Source: Chiloscyllium plagiosum | Taxonomy: Eukaryota | DNA: 64,000 nucleotides | Reading direction: 5' to 3' | Assembly: GCF_004010195.1 (NCBI RefSeq) | Contig: NC_057718.1 | Coordinates: 75,993,843-76,057,842, forward strand | Shown here: positions 62,271 to 64,000 of the stretch, piece after piece | Layout: every line of letters begins with the position of its first letter | Numbering within the stretch: position 1 is the stretch's first letter | Translations under genes and position numbers: made by a program | Notes under the pieces: model-generated | Seen by the model: the letters and a program-made list of their open reading frames with translations, nothing else | Databases searched by the model: none | Told to the model about the DNA's origin: nothing

Positions 62271-62934
62271 AAGTCAACTCCCTACACTACAATTAATAGG
62301 AAGGCACAATTCCCAACAATAACTAAACTCCATAGTGTTAAAGGTCCAAGATATCAAGGCAAATTTGCACCAGAAACTCATTCTTCGTTATTTTTCAGCA
62401 TGAAAATTTGCTTTTGAGAAGCGGTGCTATATACCAACAGGATGGCACTATGTAATCCTCAGGTCTTTGATTAAGCACTGCAATCGGTGGACACCACTTT
62501 GTAACCACATTCTGACCAGCCCCTTGGTAACTTCTGGAGTATTTATTAAAACAACTTAGCTGCACAACTGCTACAGCCTCAGCACCCAATTCAACAGCTC
62601 AAGGTTTTACCTTTCAGTCAATAGTGTTTCCTCATCCTTGTGTCAGAAGATTTTGGTTCCAGTGCCATATTAGAAAAGAATGCAAATTCTCACCTGAGAA
62701 GTAGCTGCTCTGTTAGAGGTAAAAATCAAGCTGTTGGCCTGGCTGCCTTCACAGTTTGGTGTAAAAGACTCCCTGGTACTATTTTAATTAGTGGCGTTCT
62801 CCTGATCAATATTCATCCTTCGACCAGTATCACTGGAAACAGATTAACTTGTCATCACATTGTAAAAACACCAGGTACAAATGAATGTTAAGAGTTTGAG
62901 TGTCCATTTAGTATTCTAATAGTAGGGTGAAAAC

Positions 62935-64000
62935 TATTTTGAAATCGGCTGGTGCATGTATTCAGGGTTCTGTATCTTCTCCCCAGTGGTAGATAGAGGT
63001 TGTAGAAAAACTTTGCCAGGATGGGATGAATCTTTAAGAATGTTGGCGGCCTTTGCTTGACAGCAGGCCGAGTAGATGGATTCTCTGGATGGAAAGTTGG
63101 CCTTTGTGATCGTCCAGGCCAAGTTCACCACTCTCTGTAACGGTCTCCGATCTTGAATGGTACCCAGTTGCCATACCAGCTAGCGATACATCCAGACAGA
63201 ATGCTCTTGATGGCTCACCTATAAATGTTGGCAAGAGCATTCACCGTCATGCAAAATTTCCTCAGCTGTCTGGGGAAGAAGTGACTTTGTTGGGCCTTTG
63301 TAACCAGTGCATGAAAAGTCCAAGAAAGCTTGTTGTGGATGACCACTCCCAGGAGTTCAACACTCTCCACTCGTTCCACCATTGTGCTACTAATGTGTAG
63401 GGGGTCATGGGTAACATCCTGCCGAAAGTCAGTAATGAGTTCCTTGGTTTTGCCGGCATTGAAAGCTAGGTTGTTCCAGGTCTTTTTTCCAGGTCTTCCA
63501 CCTCCCGTCTGAAGTTTGTTTCGTCACCATCGGAGATTCGACCAACTATGGTGGTGTCATCAGCGAACTTGTAGATGGCATTAGTCTGGTATTTGGTGAC
63601 GCAGATATGGATGGGTATATAGTGAGTATAGTAGGGGGCTGAGTACATACCCCTGGGGGGCTCCAGTTTTGAGTGTTACCAAGGATGAATTTTGTCCCCA
63701 ATCTTCACTTATTGTGGCCTGTAGGTCAGGAAACTGAGGATCCAGTTGCAGAGAGTGGGGCTTAGTCTGCGATCAGCAAGTTTAGCAAATCAGTCTCGAG
63801 GGGATAATAGTGTTGAAGGCTGAACTGTAGTCAATGACTAGGATTCTTAAACAGCTGTTTTTGGTGTCAAGATGTTCTAGGGAGGAGTGAAGGGCATCTG
63901 ATGTGGATCTTTTGGTCCAATAGGCAAATTGGAGTGGATCAAGAGTAGTGGGGAGGCTGGAGTTGATTAATGTCATGACCAGCCTTTCAAAGCACTTCAT
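62935..64000 (-). mobile_element. Rex1/Babar LINE reverse transcriptase (runs off the window)
   Basis: MKCFERLV...LDPLQFAY...RSTSDA...[33 protein letters not shown] and KAANILKDSSHP; frameshifted. Confidence 0.92.

Noticed and set aside
62166-62935. Single Rex1 element with a 660-bp insertion between RT and 3' end
   Set aside because: The intervening DNA contains older DeuSINE-like relics and no TSD is visible; two separate copies are equally plausible.

Overview
Eukaryotic, repeat-dense, AT-rich DNA from an elasmobranch. HE1 V-SINEs, HER1/CR1 LINEs and SacSINE1-like DeuSINEs point to a shark; a carpet/bamboo shark is a guess. The only host coding sequence is the first coding exon of myosin VI (MYO6) on the minus strand (ATG 21109, GT donor after 20993), so the window is essentially MYO6 intron 2 (1-20992) and intron 1/upstream sequence (21139-64000). 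All other ORF-track entries are decayed retroelement frames, gap artefacts or chance ORFs. Repeats include many nested CR1 LINE fragments, a second CR1-group LINE lineage, Rex1/Babar, L2, eight HE1 SINEs, DeuSINE relics, a Tigger-like MITE, a probable solo LTR and a truncated Penelope-like element. The most notable signal is a set of 90-210 bp non-coding Penelope pseudo-LTR-derived mini-elements with long target-site duplications (TSDs) and minimal hammerhead ribozyme motifs; most fold back as hairpins. One copy (58864-58901, minus strand) keeps a complete catalytic core, and the two perfect 15-bp TSDs both contain CCTAG at the junction. A CpG-enriched non-repeat island at about 46.4-46.9 kb, with a minus-strand splice donor, is a candidate MYO6 5' exon or promoter. 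Repeat boundaries were read by eye and are approximate unless a junction is quoted.
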